Below, piece by piece: positions 13,334 through 25,412 of a stretch of 64,000 nt of DNA. This DNA comes from Vicugna vicugna (taxonomy: Eukaryota), in the NCBI GenBank assembly GCA_013265495.1, contig MU058241.1, positions 1,427,249 to 1,491,248 of the forward strand. The letters run 5' to 3'. Position 1 is the first letter of the stretch, and every line of letters begins with the position of its first letter. The notes below the pieces were generated by a model. It was not told where the DNA came from. It did not search any database and was given only the letters and a program-made list of their open reading frames with translations. The translations under genes and the position numbers were made by a program.

Positions 13334-13646
13334 CAGGGCTTGGCAAACGGCACCCCCATGAGCCAAACCCAGACTACGCACAGTCTACACACTAGGGATG
13401 GTCCTTACATTTTTACAGTTTTCCCCCCAAAGCAAAAGACGATCTTGTCACATGTGAAACATATATAAAACTCAAATCTGAGGGTCCATAAATACAGAGT
13501 TATTGAAGCACAGCCACATCACTGTGCATGTAATGTCTGTGGTAACTTTCTCACTCAAATGGGAGAGGCTCAGTCCTCTGGGACAAACACTGGCCAGCAA
13601 AGCCTAACGTTCACTGGCTCCTTGGAGAAGAAGTTCTCCGACCCCG
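13334..13646 (+). mobile_element. MER58B-like hAT-Charlie element
   Basis: Starts cagggcttggcaaac, has internal ccataaat..agttattgaagcacagccac and gcaaagcctaa, and ends aagttctccgacccc (hAT inverted termini). Confidence 0.72.
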
Positions 13647-14174
13647 AATACAGAAGCTCTGATATCTCTCCTGGAGTCTGTCCATCTGTGCCTTGCTTGG
13701 CACTGATGGGGCTCTGACTGAACACAAAAATAAACAGAAAGGCTCTGTTCTGTTCCCATTATGAAAGTGTAACTTCAGAACTCAGCAGCTTCTCAAATAA
13801 TGGTATGTTTCTGACCGTGATTCCCATACATTTCCAGGTCAGACTCTCTCTCCAAGTGCCCCAAAGAGTCATTTTTCTTCATACAACTCAATGTGATTAT
13901 GCAAGAACCTTTTCTGATCAGAACCTGTCTATCATGGCTGTTGTGTATGAGCTTCAGTTTGTTGATTTAAATGAAAGGATATGAGCACAAAGGGAAGATA
14001 AGCAATGAAATAATCTTTGTTCATAGGCAGGAAGTCTGAATTCTGCCACTTCATTCCAAACGAGGTCTTAAACCAATAGAATGCTGCCGTCCCGACCACT
14101 GGTCTGAGGGCTTTCGGAAACGGCTTCAGCCCATTTTTATGATGTCTGTGTAAGTTGACAGGGTGGCTCCAGAG

Positions 14175-14563
14175 ACTAAATAGGGTTCTCTAGAGACATA
14201 TATGTATGCAATTGCCTGATGATTATGCAGACTGGAAATCCAAAATCTGCAGAGCTGATCTCGCAGCTCAGATGCAAAGACAGAAGCTGCTGTAGAACCA
14301 AGAAGAGTTGATGTACCAGTCTGAACACTGTCAAGCACGAAATCCTCTTATTCCGGGGAAGGTCAGGCTTTTTTCTACTCAGGCCTTCAACTGACTGGAC
14401 GAGGCCCACCACAACAAGGAGGGCACCCTGCTTTATTCAGTACACCAATTTAAATGTTCATCTCATCCAGGACACCCTCACAGAAACACCTAGAATAACG
14501 TTTGATCAAATATCTAGGCACCTCGTGCTCCCCTCAAGTCGATACATACTACTAACTATCACA
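14175..14563 (-). mobile_element. ERVL MLT2-type solo LTR
   Basis: caggccttcaactgactggacgaggcccac, aaatgttcatctcatccaggacaccctcacagaaacacctagaataacgtttgatcaaatatctaggcacc and a terminal ctcaagtcgatacat...aactatcaca match the reverse complement of the MLT2 5' end. Confidence 0.78.
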
Positions 14564-14646
14564 GGAACACTGTCTAATGATTCACAGTTCAGTATCCAAG
14601 GGTACAAAGGTTATGCAACAGATTTTCTCTAAACTTAGAAACTCAG

Positions 14647-15658
14647 ATCATACAACTCAAGACAAAATACAAACAACCCAATCCAAAAATGGGCAGAAGA
14701 CCTAAACAGACATTTCTCCCGTGAAGACAGACAGATGGCCAATAGTCACATGAAAAAATGCTCAACATTGCTAATTATCAGAGAAATGCAATTCAAAACT
14801 ACAATCAGATATCACCTCACACTGCTCAGAATGGCCATCAATAAAAAGTCCACAAATGGTAAATGCTAGAGAGGATGTGGAGAAAAGGGAACCCTCCTGC
14901 ACTGCTGATGGAATGTAATTTGGTGCAGCCATTATGGAAAACAGTAAGAAGATTCCTTAAAAAACTAAAAACAGACTTACCCTATGATCCAGCAATCCCA
15001 CTCCTGGGCATATATCCAGAGAAAACTCAATTTAAAAAGATACATATACCCCAATGTTCATAGCAGCAGTACTTACAATAGCCAAGACATGGAAACAACC
15101 TAAACGTCCATCAACAGAAGACTAGATAAAAAAGATGTGGTGTATTTATACAATGGAATACTACTCAGCCATAAAAGAAAATGAAATAATGCCATTTGCA
15201 GCAACATGGATGGACCTAGAGATGATCATACTAAATGAAGTTAAGTCAGACAGAAAAAGACAAAAATCATATGTTATCACTTACAGGTGGAATCTAAAAA
15301 AAAAAAAAAAAAACAGAGAGAGAGACAAAAGAACTTATTTACAAACCAGAAATAGACTCAAAGACAGAACATAAACTTGTAGTCACCAAAGGGGAAGGAT
15401 AAATGAGGAGTTTTGGATTAGCAGATACACACCACTATATATAAAACACAGAAAGAAAATGACCTGCTGTACAAAACAGGGAACTATCTTCAATATCTTA
15501 TAATAAACTGTAATGGAAAAGAATATTAAAAAGTATATATATACTGTACATGTATATATATACTTTGTATATATATAAAACTGAATCAGTATGCTGTACA
15601 CCAGAAACTAACACAACACTGTAAATCAACTGTACTTCAATAAAGGAAAAAAAAAGGA
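14647..15658 (+). mobile_element. 5'-truncated lineage-specific LINE-1 (ORF2 C-terminus, 3' UTR and A-tail)
   Basis: The ORF at 14863-15063 gives ERMWRKGNP...LWKTV.RFLKKLK.DLPYDPAIPLLGIYP, the L1 ORF2 C-terminal domain, broken by frameshifts. It ends in an A-tail, with flanks agaaactcag / ggaaattcag as a likely target-site duplication. Confidence 0.92.
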
Positions 15659-16389
15659 AATTCAGCAATTCTAATCAGCAACTCCAACAGGCTTGACGGG
15701 AGGCCGTGGCAGTTTCCTAGCTTAGTACACATAAAGTCACTCATGGTCTCAAGCCTGCTAGAGTGTGTCAGAAGTAAACACCAAGGTCCAGAAATCATTA
15801 TTTCTGTTATTGGTTAAAGCCACGAAACAAATAAGACTATCTCATTTTTAGAAAGTATTTCATCCTCTGCTTACGGTTAAGAAAAATTTCAATTTATACT
15901 TTATTCAGGTAATAAACCTGCTAATAAAGGTGTGAAAGTGAAATTTTATAAGAATTTGATTGCAGGACGCCCAGAGATCTTAGGCAAGAAGTTTGTGGAG
16001 TTGTTACTTCTAATACTGATACTGCCATTTAAAAAACACGTTTTCTCTGTTAACTTCCCTACATTTACATTTCGGTATTCACTCTTTATTTTTATTTTTC
16101 TAGTATGCTAACTCTCCTCATTATTTCTGCTTCCTGGGACTTTCCACCTGAACCCGACTCAGCAAATGAGAATCAAACTGTTGAGTTCCATGTCTTTGAA
16201 GCATCTGGCGTTAACTTGCTTTTCTGATACTTAAGAACACCGAATTACACACGCTAGGTCAAAAGGAGCATACATTCTCCAATTACGCAGTCAGGATTTG
16301 AATTCTGAAAGACTGCCTAGAAAGCAAACTAAGAAAATTTTTGTCCTCAGAGCAGCCAGAGAGAAGAAACTTACTTAGATGTTAGCAGG

Positions 16390-16645
16390 CATTTGGTCCT
16401 GTCCCAAACATCCATTAAGACATTCAGTCCGTATGACATTTGGTCCACGCCGAAACATCCTAGATATTTGGTCCTGCCCAAAACACCCATGAGCATCTCT
16501 GGAGCTTTGGTCCATGCCAAACAGTTCTAGACAGAACCAAACATCAAAGATCTTTTGCTGTGGACCAATTATCTCCATGGATGTTTTGTTCAGGACCAAA
16601 TATAACCAACTACCAAGGACCAAAAGCGATGGACTAAATGTCTTA
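16390..16645. repeat. Imperfect fold-back array: tttggtcc units in the left half and ggaccaa units in the right half
   Basis: tttggtcc at 16392, 16439, 16467 and 16506. ggaccaa at 16562, 16593 and 16617, with the variant ggactaa at 16631. Confidence 0.7.
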
Positions 16646-19169
16646 AGGATGTAACTGCCGCAAGGTATTTGAAAAGTAAAGCACATGCGAAGGAAAGGAG
16701 ACATGAAACATGAAGGGAGGCTAAGAAGTCCCTCTGTATAACGCTCCGCGGAGCTGGCCCAGGCTTCACCTTGGCCAGTCCTTGCACCAGTCCTGCACAG
16801 TGATCATCATTCTCCCACCTCCGAAGAGGAAGAAACCGGAAGCTGGCAGAAGACAGTGACCTCCTGAGGGTCCCAGAACCGGTGAATGCCCGGACTTTCT
16901 GACCCTAGTATCACGCTCTCTCCCTCAGCACATCAACGACTGAGGTAGTTAGTTAGCATCAGCTGTCCAGTGGAGTCGGCTCAGTCACAAGTGTATTTCA
17001 GACTGAGATTATCAAACCAGTTCAAGACACCATCCCTTCTCCCCAACAGATGACAGTTGGCACAAACAAGGAGAACTTTAGAGAACGCTGTCTAATTATG
17101 TGCTAAGTTATTGTCTCTTCTTTAAGGCTGTACTACCACACACCCAAAACTAATCAGTGCAAGTCAGAAGGGAGCTGAGCAGGAAGAGGGAAGATGTCTT
17201 ACAACCAGAATTGATTTTCCTCACTAAATGTTTAATGACGAAAGGGAGACGGTTCTTAAAACTGGAGCACAATGTTAATGAAAAAAAATACGAGAAGGCT
17301 ACGGGTATGTCAGTATTTCCTCAGCAACCTGCTCCGATCTCACATCTGCAGAGCCGTCGGGAACGCTCACTAACGGTGCCGAGGGTTGGACGTGCCGTCA
17401 GGAATCTCCCGTTTTCTAACTGATGGGTGATCATGAGTTAAGGGGCCATGTGCACACAGCAGTGCGAATCTGAAGCGTGACACTATGGGAACAGAGGATT
17501 TCATTTCACTGCATCTCTTTTCTCCATACAGTACCATACCCCTTTAAAATAGCACCTTCATTAACCAATGTTTTTAAAACCCATCACAAATACTTTTAGT
17601 AAAAGACATGTGGCTCTGAAGACAAATACCTACAAGTATCTAATAATGATTTAGAATTTCACTTTGGGGACAACCAAGAAAGCAAAGCACAAGCTATCAT
17701 TTAAATTCTAATCCTAGTAGCAACCCCAAGTTGCCCCTGTTAATTCTGTCCCGTCTCCAGCCCCCTCTTCCTCCTCTGCCCCTCCCTGCAAATAACTGAA
17801 CTTCAAACCTCCCAGATACTTTGCAAGACGATGAATCGCCAAGCACGTGATAAGTTTTGCTCTCCTTTTAGTAAGACTGGAAGGTGTCGCTGATACACTC
17901 TTAGATTATTTGCAAGAGCCAGAGTAAAAAGTGTTTCCAATAGCCTTAAACAGAGCATGCAAATAATGGGGCCACTCCACTCCCTGAGCACAGCAAATGG
18001 CTCATGTTTAATGAGTAAGAAAAAGACGGCGGGTTACTGTTACGTTATGTTGGCAGGTAGATGGCCCCTCAGAGGTATGGATGGGTATGTGGATGCAGGC
18101 ACGGACGCAGACAGAAATACGTCCTTTGCACACACTAGGCTCAGGATCTTGTCTTCCACGTGAGAAGCAGACACGCAGCCTTGCAGTGGGCGGTGAAGTC
18201 ACCAGCACGCTTCAAATGCCTGTAGACGGACAGGGGCAGAGCTCTCCGGTTTCACCCCCATTCACTGACACACGCGTCTTTTCCTCCAGAAGAGCAAGAG
18301 GGAAATCGTCAAGTCTCACGTTGACGAGACTAGACAAGTTATACCCACAGAATTTCCTAAACCTACCAGCGCAGGGTCTGGCTCTGAGCAAACCAACCCA
18401 GGGAGCTTCAGAAATCACGGTTTCGTTTATCATGGGCTCTCAAGACATCTGTTAGAGGGCCTCTTCCAGAGCAGTAAGGGTTACTGTCTGCCTTACCAGT
18501 CTGCAATTTCCAGAATGCCATTCTCACCTCAAAAGAGAGAGGAAAAAACTGGGTCAACATTTACCCATCTCCTACTTTTCCACATTCTCCTGTGAACCAT
18601 GATTACTCAAGGACTAAACTAGCTAATGGCCTTTGTCCCTGAGTTTGAATTTGTTTTATAAAGCTGTTCCCTCACTAATCAAAGGCTTACATCCCTCCCA
18701 ACTCTGTTTGCTTTAACCTTTAAAGCTTGAATACCATTTTCTTGTGTAGGAAAGGCAAAGGAAAGCCAGTATTTCAAGTGGTCCCCATCTCCCTTTACAT
18801 CCGTTGACACACCATCTGCTCTCGGCAACGGGCTTGGATCTGCTGGGTCTTCCTACCCGAAAGCTACCTCCGAAATGCGTTTTAGATGTCCTTAGCATTT
18901 TCCATGAGCGTGCGATTCAATGCTCTTGACGTTCTGTTACTGTGATCTTTTTGCTGCACATTTTGAGATGTTCTTTTAATTTTCAGCGTCATCAGGGGAC
19001 ATCTTGTGTTGCCAAATGCTCTCCTCAGCCCCCAGAACGCTATTACTCCTGTCAGCATAAAACACATCATAAAACTCCCATCTTATTAAGACGGGGAAAA
19101 AAACCCAAAAACTCCAGTTATTGCTCCAAACTACTGCTTCCCTTCAAAGAAAAACTTGTGTTTCTTTTC

Positions 19170-20480
19170 CTTTTTTAAATTATTTTTAACTTTCACCGTA
19201 GAAAATACAGAATACATAAAAAAGTAAAGAGAACAATGTCGTGAACCCCAACAATCTAGCTCCCCCCTTGAACCATTATCAGTATTTTGCTGTCTGTTAC
19301 CTGTATTTCTGTCCATCCCCAACTCCCAAGTAGTTATCATTTTTGCAGTCCTTTCTCTGAGAGAAAATGTGCATACGTTGAAATACACAAAAATTAAGTG
19401 CGCCATTTTGAGCAACAGACACACCTCCAAAATCCAGAGCACCGACCCCATATAGAACGTCTCCACCTCTTCAGAAAGCTCTCGTCTCTCCCCAGTCAGT
19501 CCTCCAACTAGAGACACCCACTGTTCTGGTATTTCTTTTCCCCTTAGATGCATAAGGAAGCATACGCCCATTCTCTGTTGCACATCTGGCTTGTTTCCAC
19601 TCTGGGGCAACTGCAGCTAAAGCCGGTGTGGCACCATCACCTTTCACGGATAAGCACCTAAGAGGAGGCTTTCTGGGTCAAAAGATAGACGCATATTTCA
19701 TTTGAGAAGAACCTGACCAACATTATGCCAATGTTGTTGGACATAAGAGTTGGTTTCTCCCATAAAATTGTCATTTTTTTTTATAATTTTAGCCATTCTA
19801 TTTGGTATATAAATAGTGTCTCGCTGTGCTTTTAATTTGCGTTTCTCACAGAACCAGTGGTGCTGAACACATTTTCATGTGCTTACCAGCTGCTTGTGTA
19901 TCATCTCTTTAAAAAAAAAAGCTTTTTATTTTGAACTAATGTTAGGCTTACTGAAAAGTTGCAAAAATAATAGTTTTCTTATTGCTCTCGCCCTACACGC
20001 CCTAATGGTAACATTTTACATAACCACATCATAATTATCAACCACAGGAAATTAATATCAATTACACAGCAGCTCAAGTAAATCTTAAAAACAAAATTAA
20101 GTCGATCTTATTTGTTGAAATGTATTCTAACAGGTAAGAACGTATATGGTTCAAAAGAAAAATTATACTAAAACACATACATCATCGTCTTCTGCCTACT
20201 TAGCTGTCTCCTCCATTCCTGGCTACCCCTTCCGTATCCTCCTAATGTTTCTTTATTTAAGTATAAATATGTATTATTACTCCGCCTTCTTAAACAAAAA
20301 GTAGCATGCTATATAAACTTTCTTGTTCCTCACTTTTTTTACTTAACAGCTTTCTGGAGCTCTTATATATCAGCGCACAAAGAAAGCACTTTGTCATTCT
20401 TTTTGCCAGTGCTCTGTATTTCACTGTCAGGATGTACTCCGGTTTATGTAACCACATGTATTTTTAATGATTCTTCCATC
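19170..20480 (-). mobile_element. Cluster of old LINE-1 3' ends (L1MB/MC/ME-like), nested
   Basis: taattttagccattct..tggtatataaatagtgtctc..tttaatttgcgtttct and gaacacattttcatgtgctta, plus ttttattttgaactaatgttaggcttactgaaaagttgcaaaaataatag at about 19925 (L1MB-type terminus). Confidence 0.62.
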
Positions 20481-23059
20481 CTCATATTTGTCAGAGGGAT
20501 CTTTTTTGATGGTGGTGGTGTCACAACTGAAACACCATCAAGATTCTTTTACAATTTCTGAGCAGGGGCTCCTAACCAAGGAAGCTCTGCAGGGGGAAGT
20601 ACTACTGGCTGACCTTGCTGAGTGCTGGCAACCGTGAACTCTGAGCTAGGAAACCTCGTGGCAAAAACATCAGCCCCTTCACAGCAGACAGCCCAACCCC
20701 GGAGAGGATGCAAGCCACAGACAGTGGGCTTCCGAACAGCAAAGGGAGCAGAGTGCCTCATCTGGCAGGTATTCCAACACAGACTGGCTCCAGTATCAGG
20801 ACGGCCTAGATGGAAGGACGAAACCTCCCGATTCCAGGATCTGTTCCTGACGTACGTGGCTTCAAGGATGCACAGGGCCCCTTCCACCAGCCCTCGCCCG
20901 CCCAGGGCAGATTCTCGCTGAGTAACTCAGACACATGCAGAGGAATGGGACTCCCCGGCTCTAAGCCAGAACCAAGCAGCGGTGAATGAAGACATCCAGG
21001 ACGCTGAGCCTCAGACAGCTCTTCCCGCCTGCTCTTCTCCTCAAGCCTGCCCTTCCCCTGGAGACCCCACAAAAGCCTTGGAGCTGGTTCCCTTCCCAGT
21101 CTCAGTCTCTTACAGCATGACTTTGAGGAGACTCCTCAACGTCTGCTCATCTCCATCATCTCATCTTCACACTAGGCTAACGTATTTCACGGCGTCCTCA
21201 GGAAACGCAGCCTGATAAATCACTTTGCCTGCTGAAATCTCGACAGGGACTCCCCACTGCCTTAAGGACAAAATTCCATGCCTGAGCTGCAGAAAAAGAC
21301 ACGGTACACCTCTCTGCTCATAAACTTTTTAAATATGTGAAACAAGAATCAGCTCAGAATGCACGTCTCTTCTAAAAGAATGAAGACGTGAGTAAGGGTG
21401 GCAAACAACTGGTCTAGACAGGGCACATCTCTGGGGGAGGACAGGAGAGGGATGTGGTCCAGCAGGGGTTCACTTAATACACGCCTGCAAAATAAAATGC
21501 CTACAGCGGCACAAAAGTTTCTGTTAGTAAAAGTGAGCAGAAGTTGGGTTTTAAGCTCACATTCCATCAAGAGCTGGAGAATTGGAACTATTTTTAATTT
21601 AAGCCTGATGCGGTGAGTTTAAGCAGGACTAATACACAATTCACAAGTCGGTGGGAAACAAGACTTAAAATACACTATTTCACGGAGCAGTCGGGGGAGA
21701 AGTTGCATTCCTGCTGTTTTCCCATTTATTTAATCACTGGACTGCAGGCTTCCTTATTCCTCCCACTAAGTATTTGAGTTGAAACAAAGGAAAACATTTT
21801 TCAGCCTAGACGGATTAAACCTATAGCTTATTTCTTTTTTCAATGTGCAAATGACTGGAATAATTTGATTATCATGTACTTGAGGGGGTTGAAATAAAAA
21901 TGGTTTACTGAGAGAACACTTTGTCTCTGATAAATCCTTTTAAATGTGGAAATGCCATTTGTACGCTGAAGGAACCGAAATACTCTGCATTCTCTAGTGT
22001 CACCTTTTGGCTACTTTATTCTAAAAATACAGAGCGAAGAAAGGAAGAAGAGGATAAAAGAGGGCAGGAGGGCATATATGTGCAAAGGTGAGGGGAACAG
22101 TGCAATGGGTAACAGAACATTCTATGAGAATTTTCTGCTCCGTGCACGTTATTGATAAATTTGAGACTGCATCCAGCAGAAGACGGCATCCTCCGAGACA
22201 AGTCATTGAGACGCAGTGAAGAACTACTCACGACTGTGCAGGACACCGGCTTCTGACGGGTAAGGGAATGCATGGGGCCGCGGGGAAGCACCGTGAGTTT
22301 AGGCAAAGCCGAAGCCATCCACATCCTGGGTCTGAGGGAGCAGGTGCCAGAATCCGGAAACAGGGAGCCCCCTGCACCAGCTGGTGTGGTCTCATAGGGA
22401 AAGAGCACGCTGGTTCACAGCCTCACCTCATTCCTTCACCTCGTTTGGATACCCCACCAATAGCCTAACCGACAAAGCAAAGCACAAAGGGATCTGTTTG
22501 TGCAGCCACCCAGAGCCCAGAGCAGCGCCGGAGCTGGCTGGGAGAAGTCTCAACCGGAGCATGTTCAGAGCAATACTCAAGCATCCCTGGAGGCTGATGG
22601 GAGTCACTTCTACTAGACGCGGTGATGGTCCACTCCACTCTGCTGTTTTTAACTGAGACTGTCCCCACGGAGTCTGCCTTGAAGGGGCACGGAGCCCAAC
22701 ACGACGCTGGATTTACTTGCTTGCTCACCACGTATCCTTCCCTTTCATACCCCAGAGGGCACTGTGCCTTCTCTCTCCTGTATCCCTAGGAATCAGAAGC
22801 ACAGCGCTTGCCTATCTCCTAAGTTCAAAAACATAGCTACCTGGTATTCAGAAATATCCATGTGAGACCACGAGACCCCAGGGCAGACTCTGTTTAAGGG
22901 CTGGCCTTCTGTTCTGATTGCATCTCCATGGCAGGCAGTCCCCCTCCTACAGATCTGCCCAGTCTGAAACTGAAGTAACAGAATGTGTGGCCACAATGGA
23001 AAATGATGTCCTTCCCCAGGTCACAGGAGGAAGGGAGGCAAAGCAGACATCCAGGGTTG

Positions 23060-23735
23060 AAATGTGAGCACTCCAAGACAACCTAAGTGCCCATCAACAG
23101 ACGACTGGGTTAGGAAGACATGGTACATATACACACGACGGAATACTACTCGGCCATAAAAAAGAATAAAACATTGCCTTTGCAGCAACATGGATGGACC
23201 TTGAGATTATCATGCTAAGTGAAGTAAGTCAGAAAGAGAAAGACAAATATCATATGATATCACTCATATGTGGAATCTAAAAAATAATGCAAATGAATCT
23301 ATGTACCAAACAGAAACAGGCTCACAGACATAGAAGACAAACTTACAAGGTTACCAAAGGGGAAAGGAAAATGGGGGAGCGAAAAATTAGGAGTTTGGGA
23401 TTAACAAATACAAATTACTATATATAAAATAGATAAGCAACAAGGATTTACTGTACAGCACAGGGAACTATACTCAATATCTTACAGTAAACTATAATGG
23501 AAAAGACTCTGAAAAAGAATAGAGATATATGAGAGGTGGGGGTGTAGCTCAGTGATAAGAGTGCATGCTTAGCATGCACCAGGTCCTCAGTTCAATCCCC
23601 AGTACCTCCATTAGACAAACAAAAAAAGATGATTAAAGAATAGAGATATATGTATGTATAACCGAATCACTTTGCTGTACACCTGAAACTGACACAATAC
23701 TGTAAATCAACTATGCTTCAATTAAAAAAAAAAAA
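23060..23735 (+). mobile_element. 5'-truncated lineage-specific LINE-1 3' end
   Basis: caacctaagtgcccatcaacag, gcaacatggatggaccttgagattatcatgctaagtgaagtaagtcag and ctgtacagcacagggaactata, followed by an A-tail at about 23724-23735. Confidence 0.92.
23532..23634 (+). mobile_element. tRNA-derived SINE (camelid vic-1-like) nested in the L1 3' UTR
   Basis: gtagctcagtg..agagtgcatgcttagcatgca..aggtcct.agttcaatcccc plus tail. Perfect 18-bp target-site duplication aaagaatagagatatatg at 23514-23531 and 23635-23652. Confidence 0.9.
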
Positions 23736-24619
23736 CAAAGTCCATTCTAAGAGTTTCTCCCAAAAGCTTTTCTCAAGTCACAGGAATCTGCTACTGCAAG
23801 TCTGCTCATAAAAGACAAATCATTCTAACAGAAGCAAGTAAATAGCCTTGGAAAAATTCAGGACCAGCCCCTTATAGATAAGTGTGCCCGTAGCTGAGGT
23901 CTGACACTGCATAGAGAACACAGTATATTTTCTGATGACAGAATTTCTCTTAAATACTCCCATGGGATTAAAATATCCCATAATGTCCTGCAAAGAACAT
24001 TGAATTTCAATCTCTCTATCAGCCGGAAAACCTTAATCACAAGCAGCACCCATGTTCGATGTCCCCATTGTTACTGCTTTTTTCCAACTCCCTTTGATCC
24101 TCATGGAAAGCTCTCACCAGGCACACTTCACTCAGTGAGCAGATACTGACAAAGTGCCTTATTCAGGAGAAATGCTCTGACTTCTATGAATTTCACTCAG
24201 GCAAGATTTTTGCCCAGTTTTACTTCTTGCTTCTAGTGATCTGCATTATGAAAACATAAGTGCCTTTCAGCCTAAATTATCTACCACTTTATTGAATATG
24301 CTTCTTAAAACTCACATACCTGCAGGACCCCTCCCTCATTCAACGTACTGTGCATTCAGTGGTTTTCTCCAGCTCTCCTGACCCCCCGGTACACACACAC
24401 ACATGCACGCACACGCACACACACCTCTCTCCTCTCACTTTATATTGACTAGCTATTGCCCAAGACCGGAGAGCAGATAATGCCGTCCACCCTCAGAAAT
24501 AAGTGGTGAACGTGGAATGACAGAGGTTAAAAGGAGAGCTCCCCAGCCAATCAAACTGTGTAATGAAAGCCAAACAGCCACCAGGAAACGCCAGTGGGAT
24601 TCGATTCCTCCAGTCAGAA

Positions 24620-24800
24620 AATATTCATCCAGTCCGTCCACGTGCCAAAGGCTTTCCTGCTTGTTGACTAAACAGCGGTGACCAAAAAGGACAAAACCCT
24701 TACCCTCGTGGAGCTGGGTTCTGGTCAGGAAAGGCGGTCACAGAACATGATAAATAAGCAGGTTGCACAGTGCATTAGAGCACGATCAACACTGTGGAGG
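24620..24800 (-). mobile_element. LINE-2 3' fragment
   Basis: cacgtgccaaaggc...cagcggtgaccaaaaaggacaaaacccttaccctcgtggagctg.ttctggtcaggaa. Confidence 0.5.
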
Positions 24801-25227
24801 GAAATACAGCAGGGTGAAGAGGCAGGTTTTTCACTGAAGATGAATGAAACTGAGATTTAGCAAACTTCTCTAACGCATTTATGTTTGTTATTTTTTAAAA
24901 TTAACATTCCATGATTTTCTCCCAGTGTCAAATAGGAAAAGCTTTAAAAACACAGTGCTTTATGAAGGAATAAAAGGTTTCCGGGGCAACTCCATTCTGC
25001 ATTCTGCTGGGGGCCAGGGTGTGGGAGAGCCAAGGAGACAGAAGGAGACCCTGCAACTTTAAATGAATTTTCTGCATTGTTGAACTATTCCACATTACAA
25101 AAAATAAATAAATTAAGACATTTAAAAAGAGAGCCAAGAAGCAATTGAATTTATGGATCCTTGGCTTGGAAGCCACTCAGAACAGAGAAGGACCCCCAGG
25201 ATTTTAAACGCTGCAGCATCACATCAG

Positions 25228-25412
25228 ATCTGTCCCAGAGGGCATTCTGACATGAGGAGATATTCTAGACCCAGCTACTGACGGCATGTGGCTGCTGAGC
25301 AGGTGAAAGACGGCCAGTGCAATCACAGAACTTGCTTATAACTTTAACTTATTTTTAGTTAATTTAAATGTAAATAGCCACATGTGGCTAGTGGCTACCG
25401 TGAGTAAAGAGC
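25228..25412. mobile_element. MER3 hAT-Charlie MITE
   Basis: gcatgtggctgctgagca..tgaaa..ggccagtgc and taatttaaatgtaaatagccacatgtggctagtggctaccgt are MER3 hallmarks. Confidence 0.72.

Noticed and set aside
5845-23634. Two tRNA-like sequences (5845-5920 and 23535-23610) as tRNA genes
   Set aside because: Both have A-rich tails and target-site duplications, sit inside L1 copies, and have imperfect stems with no CCA-proximal pairing. They are SINEs.
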